A program made the translations under genes and the position numbers. Shown piece after piece: positions 28,983-38,880 of a DNA stretch of 64,000 nt (its first letter is position 1; each line of letters opens with the position of its first letter). The DNA is from Bacteriovoracia bacterium (GTDB taxonomy: Bacteria; Bdellovibrionota; Bacteriovoracia; Bacteriovoracales; Bacteriovoracaceae). The notes under the pieces are model-generated. The model had not been told where the DNA came from, ran no database searches, and worked only from the letters and a program-made list of their open reading frames with translations. The stretch is taken from assembly GCA_046570105.1 (NCBI GenBank), contig JBKHVI010000003.1, forward strand, positions 1 to 64,000, written 5' to 3'.

Positions 28983-29614
28983 TTGCCTACATCATTCCTG
29001 AGAATCCTGACGATCGACTACTAACCAAGGCCTCCCAGATTTTAAACTCTGGGGGGCTTTTGTGTTTACCCCTCGACACCAATTGGATCGTCATTGCTGA
29101 TCCGTTCGTCAAAGATGGCGTGGATAAGCTTTATCGCTTTCGGCACGTCGACAACACAAAGCACTTCACTATCTTCTGCGCTCACTTTGCCCAAGCAGCT
29201 GAGATTGCCCATATCAACGATCAGGCGTTCCGCTTACTTCGTCGAGTTGTGCCTGGCCCTTACACTTTTATTTTTAAAGCGCAAAAAAAGATTATTCGTC
29301 ATTTAAAAGCCTCGAAGATGGATCATGAAGTTGGACTTCGCTTTCCCTCTTCAAGCCTCTTACAAACGCTTTTAGAGCGTCATGGTGGGGTCGCCATCGG
29401 AACTCACGTGACTGCCGATATGTTTCCAGACCATGATCCAGAGATTCCTATTTGGTCAGGCCTTATCGACGATCATTTCGCGGGTCAGTTTGAAATGATT
29501 CTCGATGCCGGGGAGACCAATTTCGTTGGACCCACGACTATCATTTCTTTAAGTGAAGATGTGCCAGAATTAGTGCGCGAGGGAACAGGTTCACTCGCGC
29601 CTTTTGGACTATGA
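28979..29614 (+). CDS. Sua5/YciO/YrdC family protein
   Basis: ENP..RL, P.DT, PGPYTFI, VGLRFP and REG.G motifs. Confidence 0.88.
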   Translation: MIAYIIPENPDDRLLTKASQILNSGGLLCLPLDTNWIVIADPFVKDGVDKLYRFRHVDNTKHFTIFCAHFAQAAEIAHINDQAFRLLRRVVPGPYTFIFKAQKKIIRHLKASKMDHEVGLRFPSSSLLQTLLERHGGVAIGTHVTADMFPDHDPEIPIWSGLIDDHFAGQFEMILDAGETNFVGPTTIISLSEDVPELVREGTGSLAPFGL

Positions 29615-29615
29615 T

Positions 29616-31118
29616 TTAAATCGAAAACTTATTGCCGCACTTTCTATTTAAGAAATCGATAAGCGCCTTATCATCGGCATAACGGAAATCAGAATCGGGT
29701 GTCCACAATTCCTTAGCAGGAACCTGACAGGTCTTCCCGTTCTGGGTAATGACAGCATTCCCTGGAATCAAACGAGGGTCTTCACCGCGTTTGTCTACGC
29801 GAATACTAATTCCAGTTCCGCTATACTTAATCGGCGCAAATTTGCGGTTAAAGCGATTGGGGTTAAGGTCTACTGGTCCCTCAGACAACACACCCGACTT
29901 CACTAATTTTGTTTTTTTATCATAAACAACTTTCTCACCCGTCGTAAGTGTCACATGCAACTCATCTCCAACCACTTCGACCGCCGGACGTGATCTTCTT
30001 GGCACGAGTAAAACGATTGTCTCCATCAACTGAGATAAATAACCAGAACCAGCATCATCAGTGACCCAGAGATATGTTTCTCGCTGACTATGATCAGTCG
30101 AAACAAAATTCCAATTTCGTTCTACTTTTTCGGCCGGATCAATGGGTGCTCCCGCCATACTCGTGGGTCCCGTCATACGAAACTCAAATCCATTGGGTCT
30201 CAGCTCTTCACTATTCTTGTCTTTGGTGAAGGTATTCTGAAATGAAGGATCTGATCCTGGACGAGACGTGGTGTATTCAAAATCGAGGGGTCTAGGTTCT
30301 GTGCGAGCAAACGGCAGAACAACACCAGGTAAATCCTTATCAGCTGATCTGACTACCGGAACCCCTGATGGATCACAATCTGTCGGAACAGTTCCAGTCG
30401 TCTGGCCGACACCTTCAACGACTGTTGTCTCACTCACAGCACCAACTAAATCACTACGAACCTGATCATCACGCACCTCTTTGCCTTGAATGACAATACT
30501 GGCACGAACCTCAGGTAATCCATTTCGAACTCGCAACACAGCGGCCTCAAGACGGCGACACATTCCGGTATTTTTTTGTTTTGAAGTCGCACATATATTG
30601 TCGGCAAAATCCAAGAGACTCAACAATTCAGCTTCTAAACCTTTTCCTAAATTTTCGCGAATGACATCTTCTACAGTGCGGCCCGCTTTGTTAAAGCGTT
30701 TTTCACATTCACTAAAGGCACTGTTACGTTGTACTTGCGTACTAACTGGTGCACAAAGACCTTCACCAAAAAGTGCTGGCTGACAGTGCAATTCATTACT
30801 CTGACAACTCCCCGCTTGATACTTAGGATTCATGCGTGCAGGACTTGAGCAACTCGAACCCACTCGCTGACTCGGCCATCCTGCATAGATACAATCCATA
30901 CCTTCGGCAGCAAACGCTTCAGAAATAAAACTCAATGATGTTGTTTGCTTCAATGACCACTCAGCTAATTTTTCTGGATGCTGGGCCAACAGCGCTTTGT
31001 ACTCGTTGAGAAGAAAGACTTTGTATTTCATGTTAGCGACTTTCCACGCACTTCGACCTCGCTGCGCAAATGCCTCACCAGAAATAACAAGTAATGCAAA
31101 AAGAATGAAAAATCGCAT
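29616..31118 (-). CDS. Secreted protein with a Cys-rich N-terminal domain
   Basis: Signal peptide; CIYAGWPS...C...C...C.PALFG..LC; beta-rich C-terminal half. Confidence 0.8.
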   Translation of the reverse strand: MRFFILFALLVISGEAFAQRGRSAWKVANMKYKVFLLNEYKALLAQHPEKLAEWSLKQTTSLSFISEAFAAEGMDCIYAGWPSQRVGSSCSSPARMNPKYQAGSCQSNELHCQPALFGEGLCAPVSTQVQRNSAFSECEKRFNKAGRTVEDVIRENLGKGLEAELLSLLDFADNICATSKQKNTGMCRRLEAAVLRVRNGLPEVRASIVIQGKEVRDDQVRSDLVGAVSETTVVEGVGQTTGTVPTDCDPSGVPVVRSADKDLPGVVLPFARTEPRPLDFEYTTSRPGSDPSFQNTFTKDKNSEELRPNGFEFRMTGPTSMAGAPIDPAEKVERNWNFVSTDHSQRETYLWVTDDAGSGYLSQLMETIVLLVPRRSRPAVEVVGDELHVTLTTGEKVVYDKKTKLVKSGVLSEGPVDLNPNRFNRKFAPIKYSGTGISIRVDKRGEDPRLIPGNAVITQNGKTCQVPAKELWTPDSDFRYADDKALIDFLNRKCGNKFSI

Positions 31119-31242
31119 AGTCCCCTCCAGAGATAAGTATCGGAGTTTTCAGGGAGATACTGTAATGACCGAGCCCTTCTCTCGGACACTGTAAAGTTTT
31201 TAGCTTCTGACTCCTGGCTAAGAGTTTAGTTATACTAGGAGT

Positions 31243-31692
31243 ATGTTTATTTTAATCCTGAGCTTCTTCCTTAATGCCTCGGCCGGCGAACTTCGTCCCT
31301 TTGTAAGTGATGGCTGTACCATGGCACCAGATGGGACACCTGCTCGCCCAGGATTATGGCGCTCTTGCTGTGAAGAGCACGATCTGCGTTTCTGGGGTGG
31401 AGGGACTAAGTCTCAGCGCCAACAAGCTGACCAAGCTTTGAGAGCATGTGTTGAGAAAAAAGCTGGCAAAAAAATCGCCGCCCTCTTCTACCGTGGCGTG
31501 AAATTAGGCAGCAGCTCACCTTGGAAATTGCCTGCAAAAAAATGGGGCAATGCTTGGTATGAACGTGCAGGATATCGCACTCTCAACACTCAAGAATTAG
31601 CAGAGCTTTTGATTGAACTTGATAAGCTCAATATTCCGGAAGAGCAGCGTAAACGCTATCGTATCGAATTAGAAGAGCGCCTTAATCCTTAA
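31243..31692 (+). CDS. Secreted protein with a phospholipase-A2-like Cys/His-Asp motif
   Basis: F.SDGCT...W..CC.EHD...W.GG...R..AD..L..CV. Confidence 0.7.
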   Translation: MFILILSFFLNASAGELRPFVSDGCTMAPDGTPARPGLWRSCCEEHDLRFWGGGTKSQRQQADQALRACVEKKAGKKIAALFYRGVKLGSSSPWKLPAKKWGNAWYERAGYRTLNTQELAELLIELDKLNIPEEQRKRYRIELEERLNP

Positions 31693-32527
31693 GGCGCTTT
31701 GAAAAGAAACTCGTCATCTTTCCCACATGTAATGTTGCTGCTTTGATGAGTCCTGGTGCGTGAGACGCATTCATCACAAACACTAACGGCTCTCTTACGG
31801 CCTGTCGCAACTCTTGCTGGTAACGAGTTGGAACAGTGGTGTCACTGTTAGCAATAAAAAGATACATCGAACGTGGGGCCACATTACCTGCAACTAAAAG
31901 TGGATCACGTGTTACAAAAGAGCTAAGTCGTGATTGGTAATCTTGCACGTCAGCTAATCCTAAAGCGCTCAATCGCGCATTTCTCTGGCGCACCACAATT
32001 TCTTGATCACTACCTGCTAATACTCCTGGAACATTGCCGGCGCCTGCCACAATCACACTCGCCAAGATGCGCGGCTCAGATCCCGCCACATAACTTGAAA
32101 GCATGCCACCTAAACTCATGCCTAAGATGCCAAACTTGCCATTAAATCTTGGATCGTTTTCCATCGCGCTGATTAATTGACGAACACCACCAAGCGCTCG
32201 CTCATAAGACTCATCATGCACTCGCAGATCATTGATCTCTCGCTCCTGCGAATTTTCTTTAACGACCTGAATAACGTAAGCGGCCATGCCACTTGCACAG
32301 AATTTGCTCGCAACACGACGATCTAGCACCGTCTCCCCTACAATCGGTGGCAATACAAAAATGACGGGTCCACCTTTTTTGGCCGGCAAATACTCTTTGG
32401 TTCGAATCTCCCAGCTTGATTGATCAATCGGATCGATCCCCTGAAAGCTGCGCTCGCTGCCGGTGCATTGAGCGATAGCTGTTAAAGGAAGTGAAAATAA
32501 TGAAGCGAGTAGAATAATGTTTTTCAT
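31682..32527 (-). CDS. Secreted alpha/beta hydrolase
   Basis: Signal peptide; GMSLGG nucleophile elbow; D.TVP; ASH catalytic His. Confidence 0.85.
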   Translation of the reverse strand: MKNIILLASLFSLPLTAIAQCTGSERSFQGIDPIDQSSWEIRTKEYLPAKKGGPVIFVLPPIVGETVLDRRVASKFCASGMAAYVIQVVKENSQEREINDLRVHDESYERALGGVRQLISAMENDPRFNGKFGILGMSLGGMLSSYVAGSEPRILASVIVAGAGNVPGVLAGSDQEIVVRQRNARLSALGLADVQDYQSRLSSFVTRDPLLVAGNVAPRSMYLFIANSDTTVPTRYQQELRQAVREPLVFVMNASHAPGLIKAATLHVGKMTSFFSKRLKD

Positions 32528-32637
32528 AGGGGTTCTTCTAGCAACGGAGTCTTGGCAATTATAGCAACAACACCTAGACGGCCTTATGTTTGAAAATTTA
32601 CCTGACACTTAAGTCTTATCGCGCTAAAAATTCCTCT

Positions 32638-33417
32638 ATGGAAAGACCCACTCCTTCGGCCGAAGTATTGCAGCAGTATCAAGGGCTTAAGCTCTCTGAT
32701 GCGGGCAGTGACTTCTTTATCGCCGACTCTTCTCGCGTGGTGCTCAAGCTCTTAGCGTCGGACATCCCGGTCGAATCAATCTTAGCGACGGCCGAATGGT
32801 ACGCTGAAAATCAGCACCAAATTTTTTTAAAACAAACACCCATCGCTTACCAGGTTCCCATTGAAGTTATGCAATCGATCGTGGGTTATAGTCTTCATCA
32901 CGGTGTGATGGCGCGCGCTCGTCGTCCCCAAGATGCCAGTTTAGCCGACCTCTTAACCGGCCCCATTCTCGTCATGGACGGCATTGCTAAAACCGATAAC
33001 GTCGGCGCCATCATTCGTAACGCCGCCGCTTTTGGAATAACTAATATCCTGGTTGATCATCGCACTTGTCACCCTTTTCAGCGTCGCGCGGTTCGCACTT
33101 CCATGGGCAATGTCTATGGCATGAAAATTCATCAAACCAGAAACCTAGCAGCTGATCTTTTGTGGCTTAAGTCGCAAGGTGTGCAGGTGGTGGGCTTTGA
33201 AAATCGCCCCTCGGCAGTCAATCTAGGTGAGCTGCAATTCACTTCAAAAACAGCTTTAATCATCGGTTCAGAAGCCACTGGCATGTCCCCAGAAGTGATG
33301 GCGACAGTTAATCAGTTAGTTCGCATTCCTATCGACGAAGATGTCTACGCTCTCAATGCCGCTTGCGCCTCGGCAGTGGCCCTTTACGCCTTCAAAGAAA
33401 ACTTCAAACCAGCCTAG
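32638..33417 (+). CDS. TrmH/SpoU family RNA methyltransferase
   Basis: [24 protein letters not shown] and ALNAACA motifs. Confidence 0.92.
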   Translation: MERPTPSAEVLQQYQGLKLSDAGSDFFIADSSRVVLKLLASDIPVESILATAEWYAENQHQIFLKQTPIAYQVPIEVMQSIVGYSLHHGVMARARRPQDASLADLLTGPILVMDGIAKTDNVGAIIRNAAAFGITNILVDHRTCHPFQRRAVRTSMGNVYGMKIHQTRNLAADLLWLKSQGVQVVGFENRPSAVNLGELQFTSKTALIIGSEATGMSPEVMATVNQLVRIPIDEDVYALNAACASAVALYAFKENFKPA

Positions 33418-33736
33418 CACCGTTAGGTGATAACTTGTCTGGTCGAACTAAAACGACCGCACCTGATTGGTCATAAATCCCAGTCACCAAAACCTCGGAA
33501 ATAAAATTGGCGATTTGTTTTGGTGCAAAATTACAAACACATAAAACCTGTGTGCCGATCAACGATTCTGGGGTGTAATGAGTGGTAATCTGAGCGCTCG
33601 ACTGCTTAATTCCCAGCTCACCTAAATCGATCCACAGTTTATAAGCAGGTTTTTTGGCCTGGTTAAAAACCTCCGCCTTTTGAATCGTGCCAATTCGCAG
33701 CTCTACCTGGCTAAAATCCTCCCAAGTTATCGACAT
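33404..33736 (-). CDS. csaA: CsaA tRNA-binding protein/chaperone
   Basis: [23 protein letters not shown]...SEVLV.G and NGARL motifs. Confidence 0.92.
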   Translation of the reverse strand: MSITWEDFSQVELRIGTIQKAEVFNQAKKPAYKLWIDLGELGIKQSSAQITTHYTPESLIGTQVLCVCNFAPKQIANFISEVLVTGIYDQSGAVVLVRPDKLSPNGARLV

Positions 33737-33824
33737 TATAACCCCTTATGACCTGTAAAGAATACTCAGCATAACCGCAAAAGTGTCGCTTCCCCTTAAT
33801 ATACAAATATTAAAAGGGTTTATC

Positions 33825-34622
33825 ATGTTGCGCTTAACAATGCTGATTCTGCTGTGCCTTTCAGTGATTTCTTGCGGAAAAGAAAGCACCAAAAGTGCAC
33901 GTAAAAAGATCACACTGACTGAAGCCGATATGGAAGCCTTGATGGCCCAGCAGAGTATTTCATGCCCCAGCCAAGACTGCCCTGATGCCATCGCTCGTTT
34001 GTTTATTATCAATTTCAATGATGCAGAAAATAGCTCGCTGTGCACCGGCTCTCTCGTTGGACCTCGTCTACTTATGACTAACTCTCATTGCATCGAAAAC
34101 GGCAACCTCCAACAAGTGTGTGAAGGCTTCTATGCTGTTTTCAATTCGCAATTTGGTGGTCACGAAGTGGCACGCTGTTCACAAGTTCTCTTTCGCCATA
34201 ATCACTCTACCAATCGTTCAGGACTCTCATCACAGGACTATGCTCTCATCCAACTAGATCGTGATGTGATGGCGACACCACTCACAATTGAGCGCCAAGG
34301 CTTTAAACCGGGCGACACAGTTCACCCTTACGTGATTGATCATATAAGCGGCGCCAGTGCGCGCATCGTAAAGCTAGAATGCACAGTAAGCTCAGACACC
34401 AACAACGGTCGTGATCTTGTGCTCAATCGCTGCCCTGCGATTGGTGGTAACTCAGGCGCACCTATTCTTCTCACTAATGGATTGGTGGGTGGAGTGCTTT
34501 ACGCAGCTCAAGACACTTCCGTAAATGAAATCACTGAGCTTCCAGAACGCCAAACCGCCAATACCATCTCAGTTGGTTTTCCCATGAATGAAATCTTGGA
34601 AGATCTAGATCGCTGGTTATAA
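33825..34622 (+). CDS. Trypsin-like serine protease lipoprotein
   Basis: Lipobox VISC; CTG, TNSHC, DYALI and GNSGAP catalytic triad motifs. Confidence 0.88.
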   Translation: MLRLTMLILLCLSVISCGKESTKSARKKITLTEADMEALMAQQSISCPSQDCPDAIARLFIINFNDAENSSLCTGSLVGPRLLMTNSHCIENGNLQQVCEGFYAVFNSQFGGHEVARCSQVLFRHNHSTNRSGLSSQDYALIQLDRDVMATPLTIERQGFKPGDTVHPYVIDHISGASARIVKLECTVSSDTNNGRDLVLNRCPAIGGNSGAPILLTNGLVGGVLYAAQDTSVNEITELPERQTANTISVGFPMNEILEDLDRWL

Positions 34623-34724
34623 GTTGTAAGCATTTTCATCCCTCAAAGTGCCAGTTTGTCCCTATCCTGCCTGTCTTTTCTCTTGATACGAGTTCTATAG
34701 GACTTAAATCTTAGGAGAAAGAAT

Positions 34725-35312
34725 ATGCGTCTCTTTATCGCTGTGTTTTTATTTTGTGTGACCGCTGAAGCTGTTCACGCTCAACGCGTTGACACTATTA
34801 TCAATGGCCGTCGTTATACTTGTCATCCAGCTGATAACGGTCCTCTTCCTCCACCACCGCCACGCGATCCTAGCCTCTGCGCCAATACTGCTTACGCGGG
34901 TCCTTTCTCGCGCGATGAATCTCTTCGTTTATGTGAAGGTGCCTATGATGATTCACCTGCACGTTGTGCGATCAAAGCTTATGCAGGTCCCTTCAGCAAA
35001 GATGAATCTATTAACCTCTGCACACGTGCTTACTCAGTAGGTCCAGCCGACTGTGCGATCAAGGCCTACGCCGGCCCATTCAGCAAAGCTGAGAGCCTTC
35101 AGCTATGTGGTAGCCCTTACGCAGACGTAGCAACAGCAGATTGCGCTATACGTGCTTACCAAGGCCCCTACTCGCGCGAAGAAAGCATTCGTATGTGTTC
35201 TGGTCGCAGTTCGTTGAAGTCTGCACCAAGCTTGTTAGCCAAGAGTGAGCTAGAAAATCTACTCATCTTAGCGAATGAAAAAGCTGTGTTGGAAGGAAGC
35301 TATAAGAGATAA
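34725..35312 (+). CDS. Secreted Cys-repeat protein
   Basis: AGGAG RBS; signal peptide; four ~29-aa repeats CAxxAYxGP[FY]SxxESxxLC. Confidence 0.85.
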   Translation: MRLFIAVFLFCVTAEAVHAQRVDTIINGRRYTCHPADNGPLPPPPPRDPSLCANTAYAGPFSRDESLRLCEGAYDDSPARCAIKAYAGPFSKDESINLCTRAYSVGPADCAIKAYAGPFSKAESLQLCGSPYADVATADCAIRAYQGPYSREESIRMCSGRSSLKSAPSLLAKSELENLLILANEKAVLEGSYKR

Positions 35313-35314
35313 TG

Positions 35315-35344
35315 AAAAAGGCCCCGAAAGGGGCCTTCTTTTTT
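35315..35344. terminator. Bidirectional rho-independent terminator
   Basis: AAAAAGGCCCC-GAAA-GGGGCCTTCTTTTTT between convergent genes. Confidence 0.8.
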
Positions 35345-35600
35345 AAAAGCCTAAAATATCTACGTAAGTTGTGCCCTTCGCCAGTGACGAAGAAGATTTC
35401 GCGCGCTGACCTTTGATCCAAATTTTCTTTTCATTAAAAAGATCTTTCAAGGCCGTGCGAGAGATCAATTTTAACTTCATATTCTCGTCCTGATCTCTCA
35501 GGGCATTTAATAAAGTATTGTCCATGCGCGACTCTGGATTCTCCAAAGTGAGGGCAATACGAAAAGAATTGGGAACAGTTGCTGGCATCGAATCACTCAT
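35343..35600 (-). CDS. Small hypothetical protein, possibly S4-like
   Basis: RMD..L...SR..LK.LF....I.I.G pattern (weak). Confidence 0.6.
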   Translation of the reverse strand: MSDSMPATVPNSFRIALTLENPESRMDNTLLNALRDQDENMKLKLISRTALKDLFNEKKIWIKGQRAKSSSSLAKGTTYVDILGF

Positions 35601-35607
35601 GGTCTAC

Positions 35608-36084
35608 CTATTTACGTTTAAAAGTTACTACTGTGTTACGAACTTCATGGTCAGTTGATTCTTCATCCCAACCAATAATTGTCATTCTTGCTGTTACGCT
35701 TTCATCCGAAACTGACAGAACCTCAAAGTAAGCGATTCCTTCATCTTGCGAGATACGGTAGCTTTCGCCGACCGACCAAGTGCTAGGATTTTCAGATGAG
35801 TCGTCGTTATCCCAGTAATACCAGGTATCGGCAACCGTCAAATCATCCTTACCTACATATTCGCAGACTTCAGAGATCATCCCGCCGTCTTTGCTCCAGG
35901 TATAAAAGCCCACAACAGCGTCTTTACTATTAGTTAAATAGTTAACTTCAGTAAAACCATCCTTGACCCAATCAGCGATTGAATCCTCGAGAGACACTAA
36001 CTGAGAGCTTGAGCAAGCCTTCAGCTCACGCGCCATTGCACTGAACGAAAGTGTTAGCATTAAACCAAAAATGAGAGTTTTCAT
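35608..36084 (-). CDS. Secreted acidic hypothetical protein
   Basis: AGGAG RBS; signal peptide ending AMA. Confidence 0.75.
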   Translation of the reverse strand: MKTLIFGLMLTLSFSAMARELKACSSSQLVSLEDSIADWVKDGFTEVNYLTNSKDAVVGFYTWSKDGGMISEVCEYVGKDDLTVADTWYYWDNDDSSENPSTWSVGESYRISQDEGIAYFEVLSVSDESVTARMTIIGWDEESTDHEVRNTVVTFKRK

Positions 36085-36273
36085 TGCGACTCCTTAATTA
36101 ACGACAATTCCTATCGTTTAACTTTTAGGTGTGCTTGTAGCAGTTTGGCCATGTAGGCCCTATGTGACTGGAAATAAATACAGCGTATTTTGCTTGATGG
36201 ATTTCACGCTCTTCACAAATTCTAAAAAGGAGATGTCTCACCTAACTTACTGAGAACACAGGACTTGCACTCC

Positions 36274-37275
36274 CTAAGGATATTTCTCAACTAGTTGAGC
36301 TGCTAGCTCCTCCGCATCGGAGCGAATCCCACGCAAGAAGCGAGAACGAAAGTCTTTGTTCCTGGGGGAACCTAGATAATAGACATTAGGGTGTGGAAGT
36401 GGGGCCATGTCTGAAAAAGAAAATCCAGTTGTAAAAATGAGCACATCACATTTTATAGGTGAACCATTTTTAAAAAAAACCTCATCACTGGATATTCTCT
36501 CAATTATTCCACGACAAACAATAGGCTTATGTTTGATCAATTTATTTACTGACTCATCCATCAGAACTGGAAAGTTCAAACGAGGCCACAATCTCGCGAC
36601 GAGTGCTTCAATGCCTATGCTAAACCAGACAGGCAATTTATGAATCCATGCTGGTGAGAAACGAATGGGACTGCGATGACTGATTATAAAACTGACTTTG
36701 CCTTTCGTTTTTAATTCAATCTCTTCAATAATTTGTCCCGCCGATAAACGGCTTCCAACTATGAGTACTTTTTTGTTGGTGAAATCAAACTTGTCTGTAG
36801 GGTTATCCACGAAATGAAAGACCGGGATGCTCGCCTGACTAATGATATCTTTTGAAAGTGAATAAGCAGGATTATTCCAGTACCCGGTAGCAAAGACTAC
36901 TGCCCGTGCCTTGATTGATTCGTTATCTGTTTGCAAAATTAGTTCGTTGCTTTTGGAATCGATCGTTAATACGGATTTATTATATTCGACAGAGAGATGA
37001 TGCTTGCGCGCGTACTCGGCAAAATAGCCATGTATTTCTTGCGCTGATAATTGCCTTTTGCTTGGAAAAAGTTCGCGATCTTCACTATCAAGATGATTCA
37101 TCGCCCAGGGTGTCAGAATTTTAAGAAATGAAGGCATCGCTTTAAAAGAACTCGCCGGCCCCTCTGCCTTCTCTAGCACTCGATGAGGAATATTTCTGCG
37201 TAAAAGTTCGCGCGAGAGCTTAAGCCCAGCTGGACCAGCTCCCACGATAACAATCTTGGCAACATCATGTGGCAC
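36274..37275 (-). CDS. FAD/NAD(P)-dependent oxidoreductase (CzcO/flavin monooxygenase-like)
   Basis: GAGPAG, FATG, degenerate second dinucleotide motif VGSRLSA, TGF, and RGIR.DA. Confidence 0.8.
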   Translation of the reverse strand: MPHDVAKIVIVGAGPAGLKLSRELLRRNIPHRVLEKAEGPASSFKAMPSFLKILTPWAMNHLDSEDRELFPSKRQLSAQEIHGYFAEYARKHHLSVEYNKSVLTIDSKSNELILQTDNESIKARAVVFATGYWNNPAYSLSKDIISQASIPVFHFVDNPTDKFDFTNKKVLIVGSRLSAGQIIEEIELKTKGKVSFIISHRSPIRFSPAWIHKLPVWFSIGIEALVARLWPRLNFPVLMDESVNKLIKHKPIVCRGIIERISSDEVFFKNGSPIKCDVLIFTTGFSFSDMAPLPHPNVYYLGSPRNKDFRSRFLRGIRSDAEELAAQLVEKYP

Positions 37276-37280
37276 TTTGA

Positions 37281-38780
37281 TTAAGCAAAAGTCGTAAGCT
37301 TAACTCGCTCAGGTTCATTCACACCTTCAAGATCCAAGCGCTTATCTTTGAAGCGATGGATATTGTTATAAGCACAGCCAGGCATCAATCGACCATCAGG
37401 TAGAGCATAGTGGGTACAACATTTGCGAATACGTGAGACCTCAAAGTCAAACTCGTCCATAAACGCATGAATGAAAATCGCTTTAACTTTAGTTTCAGAA
37501 AGCTTCCAAAGCTGCTCTTGTCCAAGAGTGCCAGCGCCCTGATATTCGTTCAAAATCGACTTCAATGATTGCAGCACCTGCTCTGTATCAACCGTGACAC
37601 TTTGTGCACTCCAGAGATTATAGATGGCATCTTGAATGAGCTGTTGGGCTTTATCATCGGCTTCTAAGATTGCTCGATTGGTAAGCATGTTGAGATAAAC
37701 GGCTACGTCACCAAAGTGAGTCAAAGGAACGAATTTACCGTTGTCCAACTTCAAAACGTAACAAGCGGTATAACAAGAAGGATGCGAGCATGGGATAGGG
37801 AGAAAATCTTCTTTTTTGAGCCAATCAGTTTGCTTCTCAAGTAACTGATGAATATCCACTTGTGTAAGACGTCCCATTGGATCTTGTGGGAATGAGGTTC
37901 CGCCGGCACCAGTATACGCTGCTGGCTGAATAGTCACCGAGGTAACAAAGTCATGCTTAAGCGCAAAGTCGATAACTTCACCTAATTCATGATCGTTGAA
38001 GCCGCGGGCAACTGTTGGAACGAAGATCGTGGGAATATTATATTTCTCACACATCTCGAGCGTTTTCATTTTTGTTTCAAGTAATGAGGCACCACGAAGT
38101 TTTTTGTAATTCTCGTTGTTCAAAGAATCGAACTGCAATGAAAGATAAAGACCCATATCCTTAAAGCGTTTGGCAAATTCTTCGTCCTGAGCAATTTTAA
38201 TACCGTGAGATGAAACCAAAACACGCTTAATATCTTTTTGCTTACAGGCGTATTCCGCTAATTCAAAAAACTGTGGATGAAGTGTCGGCTCTCCACCCGA
38301 AAGTAACATCAACTCAAGACTTCCTTCTTTACGCAGAAGTCCGTCAGTGATGTTTTTAAATTCCTGCAAAGACATATTATAATTGTTCTGATTCCAAACA
38401 ATACAGATGGGGCACTTAAGATCACAGGCATTACTAATTTCAACAATGGGAGAACATGTATGCTGTTCATGTTCTTCACAGAGCCCACAATCATCAGGGC
38501 AGCCATCTTTAAAATGGGTAGAGAATTCTTTCGGCTTAGTTCCAGGTTTGGTGTAAGTCAGACTTTTAACCCAATAATCAACATCAGATGAGAGAAGTGC
38601 TTCAAACTCACCATGGTGAAAACAGCGTTTCGTAAGAATAACTTTATTGTCGCGAAAAATAATTTTGGCCTGAATAGTTTTGCGACATTTGGGGCAGATT
38701 GACTGTGTCGCTGAAAAGAATGAGCCTTTACGGTCTTCTTTATCCTTAAACGTATTAGTTCCGCAGCATCCTACATCCAT
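37281..38780 (-). CDS. Radical SAM enzyme of the tetraether synthase (Tes/GDGT-MAS, MJ0619) family
   Basis: Rubredoxin-like SICPKC...K.C..HG; CPDDCGLCEEHEQHTC auxiliary cluster; CDLKCPIC; SGGEPT; HPSC; FMD.FDF...R.RKCC.HY..PDGR..P.CAYN. Confidence 0.85.
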   Translation of the reverse strand: MDVGCCGTNTFKDKEDRKGSFFSATQSICPKCRKTIQAKIIFRDNKVILTKRCFHHGEFEALLSSDVDYWVKSLTYTKPGTKPKEFSTHFKDGCPDDCGLCEEHEQHTCSPIVEISNACDLKCPICIVWNQNNYNMSLQEFKNITDGLLRKEGSLELMLLSGGEPTLHPQFFELAEYACKQKDIKRVLVSSHGIKIAQDEEFAKRFKDMGLYLSLQFDSLNNENYKKLRGASLLETKMKTLEMCEKYNIPTIFVPTVARGFNDHELGEVIDFALKHDFVTSVTIQPAAYTGAGGTSFPQDPMGRLTQVDIHQLLEKQTDWLKKEDFLPIPCSHPSCYTACYVLKLDNGKFVPLTHFGDVAVYLNMLTNRAILEADDKAQQLIQDAIYNLWSAQSVTVDTEQVLQSLKSILNEYQGAGTLGQEQLWKLSETKVKAIFIHAFMDEFDFEVSRIRKCCTHYALPDGRLMPGCAYNNIHRFKDKRLDLEGVNEPERVKLTTFA

Positions 38781-38880
38781 AGATTCTCCTGGTGAGGAAA
38801 CACCCTACCATAAGGCCAATTTTAGATACAAGTTCCGAATAACCGAGCTTTTTTTTTGCTTTTTTGTCAGAATAGCAACC

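Noticed and set aside
36085..36273. attL or integrase remnant at the left edge of the lipid cluster
   Set aside because: No copy of the tRNA-Leu 3' end or recombinase fragment could be seen.
37281..38780. Annotation as pterin dimethyltransferase or MoaA
   Set aside because: The family was reassigned to lipid C-C coupling (Tes/GDGT-MAS); no methanopterin or molybdopterin genes are nearby and the context is lipid biosynthesis.
38680..38880. N-terminal extensions in the ORF track (MMPL from 38680; also 46680, 46935, 28510, 2031, 1311)
   Set aside because: They overlap divergent or upstream genes or lack an RBS; downstream starts fit family N-termini better.
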